From NCBI GenBank assembly GCA_035765895.1, contig DASTWL010000010.1:7281-71280 (forward strand): a stretch of 64,000 bases of DNA. Reading direction: 5' to 3'. Below the pieces are notes generated by a model. The model made no database searches. It was not told the origin of the DNA and saw only the letters and a list, made by a program, of their open reading frames with translations. Of the stretch, positions 1-8,753 are shown one piece after another; the stretch's first letter is position 1, and every line of letters begins with the position of its first letter. Both the position numbers and the translations under genes were made by a program. This stretch comes from Verrucomicrobiia bacterium. Lineage in GTDB: Bacteria; Verrucomicrobiota; Verrucomicrobiia; Limisphaerales; DSYF01.

Positions 1-987
1 GCGCGGATGGTCCGGCACCTTGCCCTCGTAAAAATACGCCAGATCTGCCGCATGCCGCTGCGGATCGGGCCATTGGTAGTGGGCCGTGTGATGGTCGTGC
101 CCGTGCAGAATCGCCACCACGTTGTAGTCCTTGAGCAGTTCGTAAAGGGCGCGCCGCTGCTTCAGGGTCCACCAGTTCCAGTCATTGAGGGAGAAACCGT
201 CGAATCCGTAGTGGTGCATCAGCACCACCGGCTCGCCCGAAGCGCCAACGTGTTTAACCAAATAATCCCGCAGAAACGACAGCGCGCCCTGCGGGTCATT
301 CCAGCTTCCCGGCCCGGCCGGTCCAAACTTGAAGGGCGTTTCCGCGTCAGTCGTGTCAGCGGGGCACAACCCCAGGCTGACGAAATGCACGCCGTTCCAG
401 TTCAGCGCGAAGTGGACGCCGTTGGTTGAAATGGCATCCAGTTGACCGGCTTCGGCGAGTTGACGATTGCGCCCGACGAGCCCGGTTCGCGCCGGGCCAT
501 CCGGCGCGCCGTCGTGATTTCCGGTGCACGCGAACACGGGCACCTTGTTATGACCAAACTGAAGCCCGAGCGCCGGAAACACCTGGTCGAAGCCGGCCCA
601 TTGCTCTTGCCGCACGGACAGTTCCTTGTCGCCATCGGTCAAATCGCCGAGCACGAACAAGCCGCGCGGCGGGGCCACCACACCCAATTGCACCTCGTCC
701 AGCGCCGGCCGTTCGGGATAGGGCAACCCCACCAAACTCCGCATCGCCTCCCGCCGGGCCCGGGCACTGACCACCATTTGATCCGGCGTGAGTGCCGTCT
801 TGTCCTTGTCCTTGTGCGCGCCCACGTGAACGTCCGAAAGCACAAAGAAGGTGTAGTCTCGCGTCGCCGCTGAGGTTGCCGCCCCGGTCACGGGAGCGAC
901 AAAAGCCAGCATCAAACTCGCCGCCAGCAACGGAACCATCCACGCAGCGCGCCGCGTCCGTTGGCAATGTGTCCGAAATAATCGCAT
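1..987 (-). CDS. Secreted calcineurin-like metallophosphoesterase, partial (C-terminus lies beyond the left window edge)
   Basis: Absent from the supplied ORF track because there is no in-window stop. Hand translation of the minus strand from ATG (987-985) gives MRLFRTHCQRTRRAAWMVPLLAASLMLAFVAPVTGAA, which looks like a signal peptide. The ordered metallophosphoesterase motifs follow: FFVLSDVHVG (DxH), VLGDLTDGD (GDxxD), CTGNHDG (GNHD), VVLMHHYG, ILHGHDHH (GHxH). The frame is open for 329 codons down to position 1. Confidence 0.8.
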   Translation of the reverse strand, partial: MRLFRTHCQRTRRAAWMVPLLAASLMLAFVAPVTGAATSAATRDYTFFVLSDVHVGAHKDKDKTALTPDQMVVSARARREAMRSLVGLPYPERPALDEVQLGVVAPPRGLFVLGDLTDGDKELSVRQEQWAGFDQVFPALGLQFGHNKVPVFACTGNHDGAPDGPARTGLVGRNRQLAEAGQLDAISTNGVHFALNWNGVHFVSLGLCPADTTDAETPFKFGPAGPGSWNDPQGALSFLRDYLVKHVGASGEPVVLMHHYGFDGFSLNDWNWWTLKQRRALYELLKDYNVVAILHGHDHHTAHYQWPDPQRHAADLAYFYEGKVPDHPR

Positions 988-1001
988 AACTGAGGACTCG
1001 T

Positions 1002-3584
1002 CTATTCTTTCCAAGCCAGGATTTCCGTGACGCCGCTGCGCGCCTGTCCGTGATGAGTGAAAACCACACGAAACTTGCTGGTGGTCACCTTGGAAAAGGT
1101 GACCGTATTGACCGCGCTACCCAGGGGTTTGACCGGCGTCTTGACCTGGTCTGGCACGTCCTGCCATTCGGATCCGCTCCATGATTGAACCGTGTAGGAT
1201 TCGGGTGGTTGAACCCCTCCATGATCGTCATAAATGCAGAGCTCGATGCGGCCGATCTCCTTCGGCTCACCAAAATCAACCTCCAGCCAGTCGGTTGCGT
1301 TCGTCGAACCGTAGGAAGTCCAGCGATTCACCGGCGTGGAGGTATAGACGGTTTTGCCGTCGTTGGCCCGGACGGGGAGGCCGCCAAAAACGTCATGAAA
1401 CGAAGCGGTTGCTTTGGGAAAGCCTTCGCCGCGCAGGTTCAATGCCAGGTTCCCGGCGGGCGGCGGCGCAATGTGATACTCGCCACGCAGCGGGCCCCAC
1501 GCCTCCAATTCCGTCAACCCGGTCTTGCCGTCCCGGCCGTTGGCAAACCGGATGCGAAGCTTCTGCGCATCGAGCGTTGGGAAGCTGACGACGTTGGCCC
1601 GATGTCCGGAGGGCTGCTCGGGGACGCGGGTCTGCCCCGGCACCGCCGACCACTCCTGGCCGGCCCAATATTCCAGATCATAGCGCATCGGCGCCACGAT
1701 CCCTTTGCCGTCGTCGAGCAGGTAGAGCTTCACCATGTCGAGCGGACGCTTGACGCCAAGATCCACTTCCACCCAATCCGTTCCGCTTGGCGATCCTTCC
1801 GCGGTCCACCGGTTCGGCGGATGGATGGAATACCAGTAGCTCCCGTCATTTATTTTGGAGAGCGACGTGCCCTCGGCGGTAAATGAAGCGGTCACTTGCG
1901 GAAAATAATCCCCGTCGTTGCTGACCAGGTAATTAACCTCCTTCGGTTCCGCCGACGGCCGTTTGGCGGCGGGAAGTTTGGCCGTGACCCGCGCCAGCTT
2001 GCTGGACGTAGCGGCTTTTTTCCCGTCCACAAACACCGTCAAACCCTTGCCGCGTCCGTAGCGTTTGCCGTCCCGGTCCCAAATGACGCTGACGTTGTGG
2101 CCGTGATAATTCAAATCATCCAGCGCAAACCACGGCCAGTCTTCGGGCGCCAGCGGCTGGATTTCCAGGACGTCATCGGCGCGCGGCTTCACCCCCACGA
2201 GCCCGGTGATGATGAGATCGTTGTAACCGCTGTGGAAATAATCCTCGCTGCGGTCATACATGTCGTAACCCTCCCATGAACCGGTGTCAGGATTGGCCGC
2301 CTCGGCGATGTAGGGCTTGCCGTTCTTACGCTGGGTCAGGGAATAGATGCGGAGCAGCCGGTAGTAATCGGCGCGACTGATGACGTGCTGCTGGTAATTT
2401 TGCAGCAGGTTGGCCAGGGCTTTCAGCGTCTGCGTGGTGGCGTAGGGCCAGGACTGCCCGCTCCACCAGCAACAGGAGGCGTTGACGAGAAACAACGGAT
2501 CGTGCCGCCCCACAAAGCTCGGACCGAACGGCGCGAGAAAATAGTTCGTGTCCATGAGGAATTTCCACGCCGCTTCGTAGCCGGGATCAGGCAGGTTGAA
2601 TTGCCAGGGCACATAGCCGATCAACTCGCGCCCCTCCGGACTGCCGGCAAACGGGCCGTCCTCGTAAATCAAGGTTCCCGCCTTGATGGGTTTGCCGGGA
2701 AAATCCTTGATGTTCTCCTCATTGTTCTTGAAACGAATCAGGAAGAAATCGCGCTTGGGATCCCACAGGGACGCTTCAATCCGCTCCTTCAACTTCGCCG
2801 CCTTGGCATTGAAGACCTCGGCCTGCGCCGCATCGCCGGCCAGGGCGGAGAGTTTGGCAATCGCCCGCTCATCCGCCCACATGTAGCTGTTGAAGGAAGG
2901 CCGATAGCTCGGCGCGCCGCGCAGGATGTCGCTCGTCTGCCGGCTGGCAATGTTGAACTCCATGCCGTCGTCGTGGCCGATCTGCCAGAACATCCCCATC
3001 TCCGGCACGTAATGTCGCTGTTCGAGCAGATTGAAGTGCTTGACCAGGCCCGGCAGCAGGCGGGTGGCAAACCCCTTGTCCTGCTTCACCTCGTAAACCG
3101 CCCACGCGGAATCCGCCAGCCAGGTGCTGTAGTTGCGCGGCTGGGCTCCGGGCACATTCAGCCAGTAGTTCAGATAGTCATGGGCATATTGCGCATCACG
3201 CAGCCAGCGCGCTTCATACAAATGATGCCCCGCACCGCAACTGATCCCGCCATACGCGCCCGACCAGAAAGGCCGGTTCCGGAATTCGGTGAAGGAATAC
3301 CCGCTGGCCGGCGAACCGTAAATGAGGTGCTTGGTCACCAGTTCCCAGCGATAATAGTAGGTGGTGTTGATGTCCGCATCCGGGCATTCGAAGAACGGGA
3401 TGTTCGCCTTATACCAGTCCCAATCCCGGTTGTCCCAGAAGGTTTGGGCTTCGAGTTGGGCCTGCTTGTCCAGAACGGCTGCGGGAGCCGTTAAGACTCC
3501 GGCGGCAGCCAGCAACATGCCTGACGACCGGCGAACAAAAGGGGCCAAACGTATTTTCATGAACGGATGCTTCAACGACTTCAT
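1002..3584 (-). CDS. Secreted six-hairpin (alpha/alpha)6-type glycoside hydrolase (GH63/MGH1-like; exact family uncertain) with two C-terminal F5/8-type-C (discoidin) modules
   Basis: Track ORF is 1002..3680. Its TTG start at 3680 overlaps the upstream gene by 92 nt, so I prefer ATG at 3584, which gives a signal peptide (MKSLKHPFMKIRLAPFVRRSSGMLLAAAGVLTAPAAV). ATG at 3560 is also possible. Catalytic-region blocks: FWDNRDWDWYKANIPFFECPD, CCWWSGQSWPYATTQTLKAL, NPDTGSWEGYD. The C-terminal ~300 aa contains two discoidin-like repeats (WTAEGSPSGTDWVEVDLG, WTSYGSTNATDWLEVDFG) and ends GVTEILAWKE. Confidence 0.8.
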   Translation of the reverse strand: MKSLKHPFMKIRLAPFVRRSSGMLLAAAGVLTAPAAVLDKQAQLEAQTFWDNRDWDWYKANIPFFECPDADINTTYYYRWELVTKHLIYGSPASGYSFTEFRNRPFWSGAYGGISCGAGHHLYEARWLRDAQYAHDYLNYWLNVPGAQPRNYSTWLADSAWAVYEVKQDKGFATRLLPGLVKHFNLLEQRHYVPEMGMFWQIGHDDGMEFNIASRQTSDILRGAPSYRPSFNSYMWADERAIAKLSALAGDAAQAEVFNAKAAKLKERIEASLWDPKRDFFLIRFKNNEENIKDFPGKPIKAGTLIYEDGPFAGSPEGRELIGYVPWQFNLPDPGYEAAWKFLMDTNYFLAPFGPSFVGRHDPLFLVNASCCWWSGQSWPYATTQTLKALANLLQNYQQHVISRADYYRLLRIYSLTQRKNGKPYIAEAANPDTGSWEGYDMYDRSEDYFHSGYNDLIITGLVGVKPRADDVLEIQPLAPEDWPWFALDDLNYHGHNVSVIWDRDGKRYGRGKGLTVFVDGKKAATSSKLARVTAKLPAAKRPSAEPKEVNYLVSNDGDYFPQVTASFTAEGTSLSKINDGSYWYSIHPPNRWTAEGSPSGTDWVEVDLGVKRPLDMVKLYLLDDGKGIVAPMRYDLEYWAGQEWSAVPGQTRVPEQPSGHRANVVSFPTLDAQKLRIRFANGRDGKTGLTELEAWGPLRGEYHIAPPPAGNLALNLRGEGFPKATASFHDVFGGLPVRANDGKTVYTSTPVNRWTSYGSTNATDWLEVDFGEPKEIGRIELCIYDDHGGVQPPESYTVQSWSGSEWQDVPDQVKTPVKPLGSAVNTVTFSKVTTSKFRVVFTHHGQARSGVTEILAWKE

Positions 3585-3588
3585 TACG

Positions 3589-4767
3589 TCACCTTTTTGC
3601 ATCCCAATGTTGGGACGCGATGATTTGGTCAATCTCCTTCTTCGGCGCAAACGACTCGGAGAGGGCATGGAAGCGAACAAGGAAGTTGAAGACGTCCCGC
3701 AAGCGCCGCACTTCGTCCTTTTTGGCGCCCAGTTTCTCCGGTGACAGCGCCTTCAGGCCCGCAATGTATTGCTGCGCCCCCTGCTCCGCCTGCTGCAACG
3801 CCGCGGGGTTCTGCTCGTATTCGAGCGATTCCAACCAGAGATAGAGTGCCGGCAAGGGATCCGTTGTCGTGGAGAGTTGAGCGGCATGTTGCCGGATTGA
3901 CGCGGCAATTTCCTGGCGCTTCGCCATCGTGGCGACCGTGGTCAGGTAGCCGTCGGTTCCACCTTCGACGGCGCGCGGCGGGAGCGGACGACACCAGATG
4001 TTGCGATAGCGAACCGGGTTGCCGTGATCCTGGAGCTTGAGCGGGGCCGCGTCAGGAAAAGGGCCCGGCCGGCTGCGCACCATGTGACTGGTGGGCCCTT
4101 CGATCTGGGTGTGGTCCTGCACCAGCACGCCGTTTTCAAACACCGTGACGTAGCCGGGATCAACGACCTTGCCGTCCTTGTAGATGGGGCGCCGGAACAC
4201 GATGTCATAAGCCTGAAACTGCCCCGGCGGACGGAGCGCATTGGCCATGGGCGGCATCACATCATACACGGCTCCGGCTGTGCCGTCGGCGTAAGTCGGA
4301 TTGTCATAGTTGTCCAGCACCTGGATTTCCATGATGCCCATGAGAAACACGCCGCTGTTGCCGCGGCCCTGATCGTTTCCCACCACCTTCGTCGGAGCGG
4401 CCCATTCAATGTGCAGTTGCATGTCGCCAAATGTGCGTTTGGTGCGGATGTAGCCGGAACCGGGAACACATTCCATGGCGCCGTCCTGAATCACCCACTT
4501 GGTCGGCTCTGGATTGGGCGTGTCGGCTTCCCATTGGGAGAGGTCGGTTCCATCAAAGAGCACGATGGCATCCGACGGCGGTTTGCCCGGCTGCTCCTGC
4601 GTGCTGCACGTGCCGGGCGTGACCACCGGCGGCTGCGGACGGTTCCGGTCGTGAACGGCCCAAGGATGATGGTCGTCCGGCGCATCGCCATAAAAGACCG
4701 GTCCCACGGCCGCTGCTGTAAAGGCCAGGCCAACCACCGAAGTGAACACAAACGTGTGAAGTCTCAT
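3589..4767 (-). CDS. Secreted DUF1080 / 3-keto-disaccharide-hydrolase-domain protein (PF06439-like) with a helical C-terminal extension
   Basis: ATG start and signal peptide MRLHTFVFTSVVGLAFTAAAV. The jelly-roll pattern typical of DUF1080 is present: GTDLSQWE, IQDGAMEC, GYIRTKRTFGDMQLHIEW, GNSGVFLMG, EIQVLDN, YADGTAGAVYDV, FQAYDIVFRRP, VTVFENGVLVQDH, LKLQDHGNPVRYRNIW. About 120 further residues are predicted helical. Confidence 0.85.
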   Translation of the reverse strand: MRLHTFVFTSVVGLAFTAAAVGPVFYGDAPDDHHPWAVHDRNRPQPPVVTPGTCSTQEQPGKPPSDAIVLFDGTDLSQWEADTPNPEPTKWVIQDGAMECVPGSGYIRTKRTFGDMQLHIEWAAPTKVVGNDQGRGNSGVFLMGIMEIQVLDNYDNPTYADGTAGAVYDVMPPMANALRPPGQFQAYDIVFRRPIYKDGKVVDPGYVTVFENGVLVQDHTQIEGPTSHMVRSRPGPFPDAAPLKLQDHGNPVRYRNIWCRPLPPRAVEGGTDGYLTTVATMAKRQEIAASIRQHAAQLSTTTDPLPALYLWLESLEYEQNPAALQQAEQGAQQYIAGLKALSPEKLGAKKDEVRRLRDVFNFLVRFHALSESFAPKKEIDQIIASQHWDAKR

Positions 4768-4801
4768 GAGTCAGAATGCGGGTTTTAATGAAGCCCCCCG
4801 T

Positions 4802-6184
4802 TTAAGCCAGCTTCCATGGATGCCGATACGGGCGCGACAGCAGCTTGCTGGCTTCGGCATCGCCGATGATTTTTTCGCGGTCGGGGTTCCATTTGATTTT
4901 CCGTCCCACCAGCATCGAAATGAGCCCCAGGTGGCCCGGAATGGCCGAGTGATGCGCCACGTCCGCAGGCGTGATGGTCGGCTGACGCGATTTGACCGAG
5001 TCAATGAAGTTGCGCTGGTGATTGGAGGACTTGATGAGTTTCACCTTGCGCAGCTCATCGGGGACGTTTTTCCAGTCCTTCCACTCGGCGTTTGATGCAT
5101 CAAAGCCGCCGCGGTCAACCCAAACCCAGCCGTCGGTGCCAATCCACTTGGTGCCGCCCCGAATGTCATCATAACCGCCGGCAATCGTCATGGTGACGTC
5201 CGCGGGATACTGCAACTCGATGCGGTAGCGGGTGCAGGTGTTCCACACGGCGTCCGGCGGCGGAAACTCCCCGTGTCCCTCGATTTCCAACGGCCCGGTG
5301 TGATCGAATCCGAGGCCCCAGTGTGCGATGTCGCAATGATGCCCGATCCAGTCCAGCAACTGGCCGCCGCCGATGTTGTAATTCCAACGCCAGTTCATGT
5401 GAACGCGCCCCTTGATGTAGGGCTCCATCCGGGCGGGACCGATCCACCGGTCATAATCCAGTTCCGGTGGCGGATCAGAAGGCGTCATGAACTGGCCGGT
5501 GCCGGCAAAATCGGTGTGACCCGACGGCAATCCCACTTCGACGTGGCGGACGCGGCCGATCATGCCGTTGCGAACAATCTCGGCAGCCTTGTGAAAGTTG
5601 CTCACCGACCGCTGCCAGGAGCCTGTCTGCCAGATGATCCTGTGCTGGCGGACCGCACGGACGATGGCCTGCTGTTCGGCAATGGTCCGCGCCAAGGGCT
5701 TCTCACCATAAACATCCTTGCCCCGCCGCGCGGCCTCCGTCGCAACCAGCGCGTGCCAGTTGTCGGGCACGGCCAGCATCACGGCGTCGATGTCCTCGCG
5801 GGCCATGAGTTCACGATAATCGTGATACGCCGCACAATCCTTGTTTTGATAGTGGCCGTTGATGGTGTTCACCGCGGCGGCAAGATGATCACGATCGACA
5901 TCGCAGGCGGCCACAACCTGGCAATCCGGCAGATTCAGAAACGCCCCGGTGTTCCACGGCCCCTGCATGCCCCAGCCCACCACGCCAATGGTGATCCGCT
6001 CGGACGCCGATTTGCGTGGCTTGCCGCCCGTGGCGCAACTGGTCAGGATTGTGGGGGCCGCCAGCGCCAGCGCCGTGGTGGCGAGGAAATGGCGGCGGGA
6101 GAAGGAACGCGGCGCCGCGGCCGCGTTGTCCGCCGGGCGGCCGCCCGATAGTTTACGAGTGGAGTTGGTTTCGTGCTTGTTCAT
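4802..6184 (-). CDS. Tat-exported Gfo/Idh/MocA-family NAD(P)-dependent oxidoreductase
   Basis: ATG start. Twin-arginine signal SFSRRHFLATTALALAAPTILTSCA. Rossmann motif GVVGWGMQGP. GFO-family blocks DIDAVMLAVPDNWHA and KDVYGEKPLA. It lies immediately upstream of the DUF1080 gene (34-nt gap). Confidence 0.9.
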   Translation of the reverse strand: MNKHETNSTRKLSGGRPADNAAAAPRSFSRRHFLATTALALAAPTILTSCATGGKPRKSASERITIGVVGWGMQGPWNTGAFLNLPDCQVVAACDVDRDHLAAAVNTINGHYQNKDCAAYHDYRELMAREDIDAVMLAVPDNWHALVATEAARRGKDVYGEKPLARTIAEQQAIVRAVRQHRIIWQTGSWQRSVSNFHKAAEIVRNGMIGRVRHVEVGLPSGHTDFAGTGQFMTPSDPPPELDYDRWIGPARMEPYIKGRVHMNWRWNYNIGGGQLLDWIGHHCDIAHWGLGFDHTGPLEIEGHGEFPPPDAVWNTCTRYRIELQYPADVTMTIAGGYDDIRGGTKWIGTDGWVWVDRGGFDASNAEWKDWKNVPDELRKVKLIKSSNHQRNFIDSVKSRQPTITPADVAHHSAIPGHLGLISMLVGRKIKWNPDREKIIGDAEASKLLSRPYRHPWKLA

Positions 6185-6252
6185 GGTTGTGTTTCAATTC
6201 CTGGCTTTTTGTCCGGGCAAGGCGCCCCGATCGCAAAAGTGGGCCGGCGGGT

Positions 6253-8733
6253 TCATGGTTCGGTGGGCGCCGCCGCGCTTTTCGGGTGCGTGAATGCCTC
6301 GGGCGGCACCTCGGTAAATCGGCTGCCCGGCAGCGCCCATTCCAAACGCAACCCCGAACCGCCGGTGCCTTGGAAATAGCGGACTGAGAGGGCGTGCGCG
6401 CCGGCGGCAAGCGCCACCGTGCCCACGGACTCTTCCATGCCGTGAATGCCGTGCTTGCCGCACACTTCCCGGCCATCTATCCACACCGCCGCCCCGTCGT
6501 CGGAGGCCACCCGGAGCAAATAAACACCCGTGGTCGGGGCGTTGAGGAACCCCTCAAACACCAGGGCGAAGTCCTCTTCGCGCGGCTTGGGGGCCAGGCT
6601 CACCTGTTCGACCACCACGCGCTTCAGCCGCTTCAACGAGTCAAACGCAGGCATGTCCTCCGGCCGCTGCCCCAGTTCATACACGGCAACGTCCAGTCCC
6701 GGCCCGGCTCCGCCCGCCTCAACCGCCGGCAGCGGCGTCGTGTGCTGCATCGGAAACGCCACCACGCGGCTCAACCGGCCGTCCGGCCACCGGGTGCGGG
6801 CTTTGATGACCGTGTCACCGGTGATTTTGATCGGCTCCCGGTAAACTGGCGAACCGGCATCCGGCTCCCGTCCGTCGAGCGTGTAAATGATCTCCCCCCG
6901 ATCACTGGCGCCTTCAAGTTCGACGGTTGTGGAGCCAATGAACTGATCTGCCAAAGTGGTCTTGCGGGGCGGCAACAGGCCCGCCAGTGCGCGCGCGGAA
7001 ATTTCCGGGCGGATCTTGCAGACGTCGCGGTCGTAGGTCATCAGCCCGTTGTTCTCGACCTCGATGTCGGTGAGCTGCGTGTAAACACTCGCGCTGATTC
7101 CGGGTTCCTTCACGCGCCGCAGGAGGACGCCGGTGATCTCCTCGTAACGGGCATTGAGCGATTCCTCGTCATTGAAGGTCTGATAGCCCCAGCCCGAGTC
7201 AACCCACATGTGCCCCGGGAGGTTGCGGCCCAGGCCGCCGTATTCACCAATGACGGCCGCCCGCTTTTCCGTGGGTTTTGGTGCGCCCGGCACGGGATAA
7301 GTGTGATGGTCCAGCACGTCGCCAACGTTCTTGTCCACCCAGCCACTGGCGTTGTCGATGAGCCGGCTGGGATCCCACTGGCGCACCAGATCCACCACTC
7401 TTTCAGTGTCGTATTGCCCCCACCCTTCGTTGAATACGACCCACATGATGATGCAGGGATGGTTGCAATGCGTCGTCACCATCCGTTGCAGTTCGAGTTC
7501 AAACTGCTGCTGCTGTGCGGCAGTGTGATTGCCGGAGCCCGGCATGTCCTGCCAGACCAGCAGGCCAAGCTTGTCGCACCAATAATACCAGCGGTCCGGC
7601 TCCACTTTCACGTGCTTGCGCGACAGGTTGAAGCCGTATGCCTTGGTCATCTCGATGTCGTGCTTCAACGCCTCGTCCGTCGGAGCCGTGTAAAGGCCGT
7701 CCGGCCAGAAGCCCTGATCCAGCGGACCGGCTTCAAAAAGGAACTTGTTGTTGAGCAGCATGCGCGTGACGCCGCTCTCATCCGGTCCAATTGAAATTTT
7801 CCGCATTCCGAAATAGCTGTGCACCTCATCCCGGTTCGAATCGTCCGTCAGTTCGATGTCGAGGTCATAGAGGAACGGCGAGTCGGGCGTCCACAGCCGC
7901 GCGTGCGGGACAGGAATGGTGATTTCCCCGCCGGCCGGCCCCGTGCCGGTGCCGACCCGGGTCTGACCGTCCCGGGCGACGGCGCGCACGGTGCCGCCTT
8001 CCGCCTCCACGGTCAGCCGCAACACGCCCGCGTCGATGTCCGGCACCATTTTAAGGGCCTTCACGTAGGTCCGGGGCACGGACTCCACCCAGACGGTGCC
8101 CCAGATGCCGCTGGTGGCCGTGTAAAAAATGCCGCCCGGGTTGAGGGTTTGCTTGCCGACGGGCTGGCCGCCTTCGTTGGTCGGATCCCAGACGGCAACC
8201 ACCAGCGTCTGCTCGGCGCCGGGTTGCAGCGCCGCGGTGACGTCAAAGACAAACGGATCATAGCCGCCTTGATGCCGCCCGATCGCGTGGCCGTTGACCC
8301 ACAGTTCGGTTTCCCAGTCGGCCGCGGCGAAATGCAGCAGCACGCGCCCGCGGCGCCACGCTTCCGGCACGGAAAAGGTTCGCCGATACCAGAGGCGGTC
8401 CTTCGGCTCGACCCGCTTCTTGATGCCGGACAACGCTGACTCCACCGGGAAGGGAACCAGAATTTGCTGCGTGAACTGTGACGGCGGCGGCGCATCCTTG
8501 GCCGTGATTTCGAACTGCCACAAGCCATTCAGATTCTGCCAGGCCGTTCGCACCAGTTGCGGACGGGGATACTCGGGAAGCGGCCGGGCGGGATCCACAT
8601 CCTTCGCCCAGCGCGTCATCATGTTGCCGGGCACGGGCTGCCACGGCGCCGCGCCAGCGGCCAGTCCGGCCAGCAGGATCAGCGCGCCCGCAAGGCGATT
8701 TCTCAAGGACGAGGAGGATGTGGTTGCACTCAT
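6253..8733 (-). CDS. Glycoside hydrolase family 2 (beta-galactosidase/glycosidase type) with C-terminal PA14 domain
   Basis: ATG start and signal peptide (LAGALILLAGLAAGAAPW). GH2 sugar-binding block WYRRTFSVPEAWRRGRVLLHFAAADWETELWVNGHAIGRHQGGYDPFVFDVT. TIM-barrel acid/base region NHPCIIMWVVFNEGWGQ. C-terminal PA14-like segment GVYLLRVASDDGAAVWIDGREV. Confidence 0.9.
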   Translation of the reverse strand: MSATTSSSSLRNRLAGALILLAGLAAGAAPWQPVPGNMMTRWAKDVDPARPLPEYPRPQLVRTAWQNLNGLWQFEITAKDAPPPSQFTQQILVPFPVESALSGIKKRVEPKDRLWYRRTFSVPEAWRRGRVLLHFAAADWETELWVNGHAIGRHQGGYDPFVFDVTAALQPGAEQTLVVAVWDPTNEGGQPVGKQTLNPGGIFYTATSGIWGTVWVESVPRTYVKALKMVPDIDAGVLRLTVEAEGGTVRAVARDGQTRVGTGTGPAGGEITIPVPHARLWTPDSPFLYDLDIELTDDSNRDEVHSYFGMRKISIGPDESGVTRMLLNNKFLFEAGPLDQGFWPDGLYTAPTDEALKHDIEMTKAYGFNLSRKHVKVEPDRWYYWCDKLGLLVWQDMPGSGNHTAAQQQQFELELQRMVTTHCNHPCIIMWVVFNEGWGQYDTERVVDLVRQWDPSRLIDNASGWVDKNVGDVLDHHTYPVPGAPKPTEKRAAVIGEYGGLGRNLPGHMWVDSGWGYQTFNDEESLNARYEEITGVLLRRVKEPGISASVYTQLTDIEVENNGLMTYDRDVCKIRPEISARALAGLLPPRKTTLADQFIGSTTVELEGASDRGEIIYTLDGREPDAGSPVYREPIKITGDTVIKARTRWPDGRLSRVVAFPMQHTTPLPAVEAGGAGPGLDVAVYELGQRPEDMPAFDSLKRLKRVVVEQVSLAPKPREEDFALVFEGFLNAPTTGVYLLRVASDDGAAVWIDGREVCGKHGIHGMEESVGTVALAAGAHALSVRYFQGTGGSGLRLEWALPGSRFTEVPPEAFTHPKSAAAPTEP

Positions 8734-8753
8734 TCAGATTTTGCGATGACCGG

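Noticed and set aside
3585-3680. N-terminal extensions of track ORFs generated by the longest-ORF rule with TTG/GTG starts: 1002..3680, 14811..16796, 25277..28168, 59701..63324, 47569..48669, 30868..32034, 42452..43276.
   Set aside because: The extensions overlap upstream genes or consist of R/G/P-rich non-protein-like sequence. In each case an internal ATG is immediately followed by a signal peptide or by the conserved family N-terminus.
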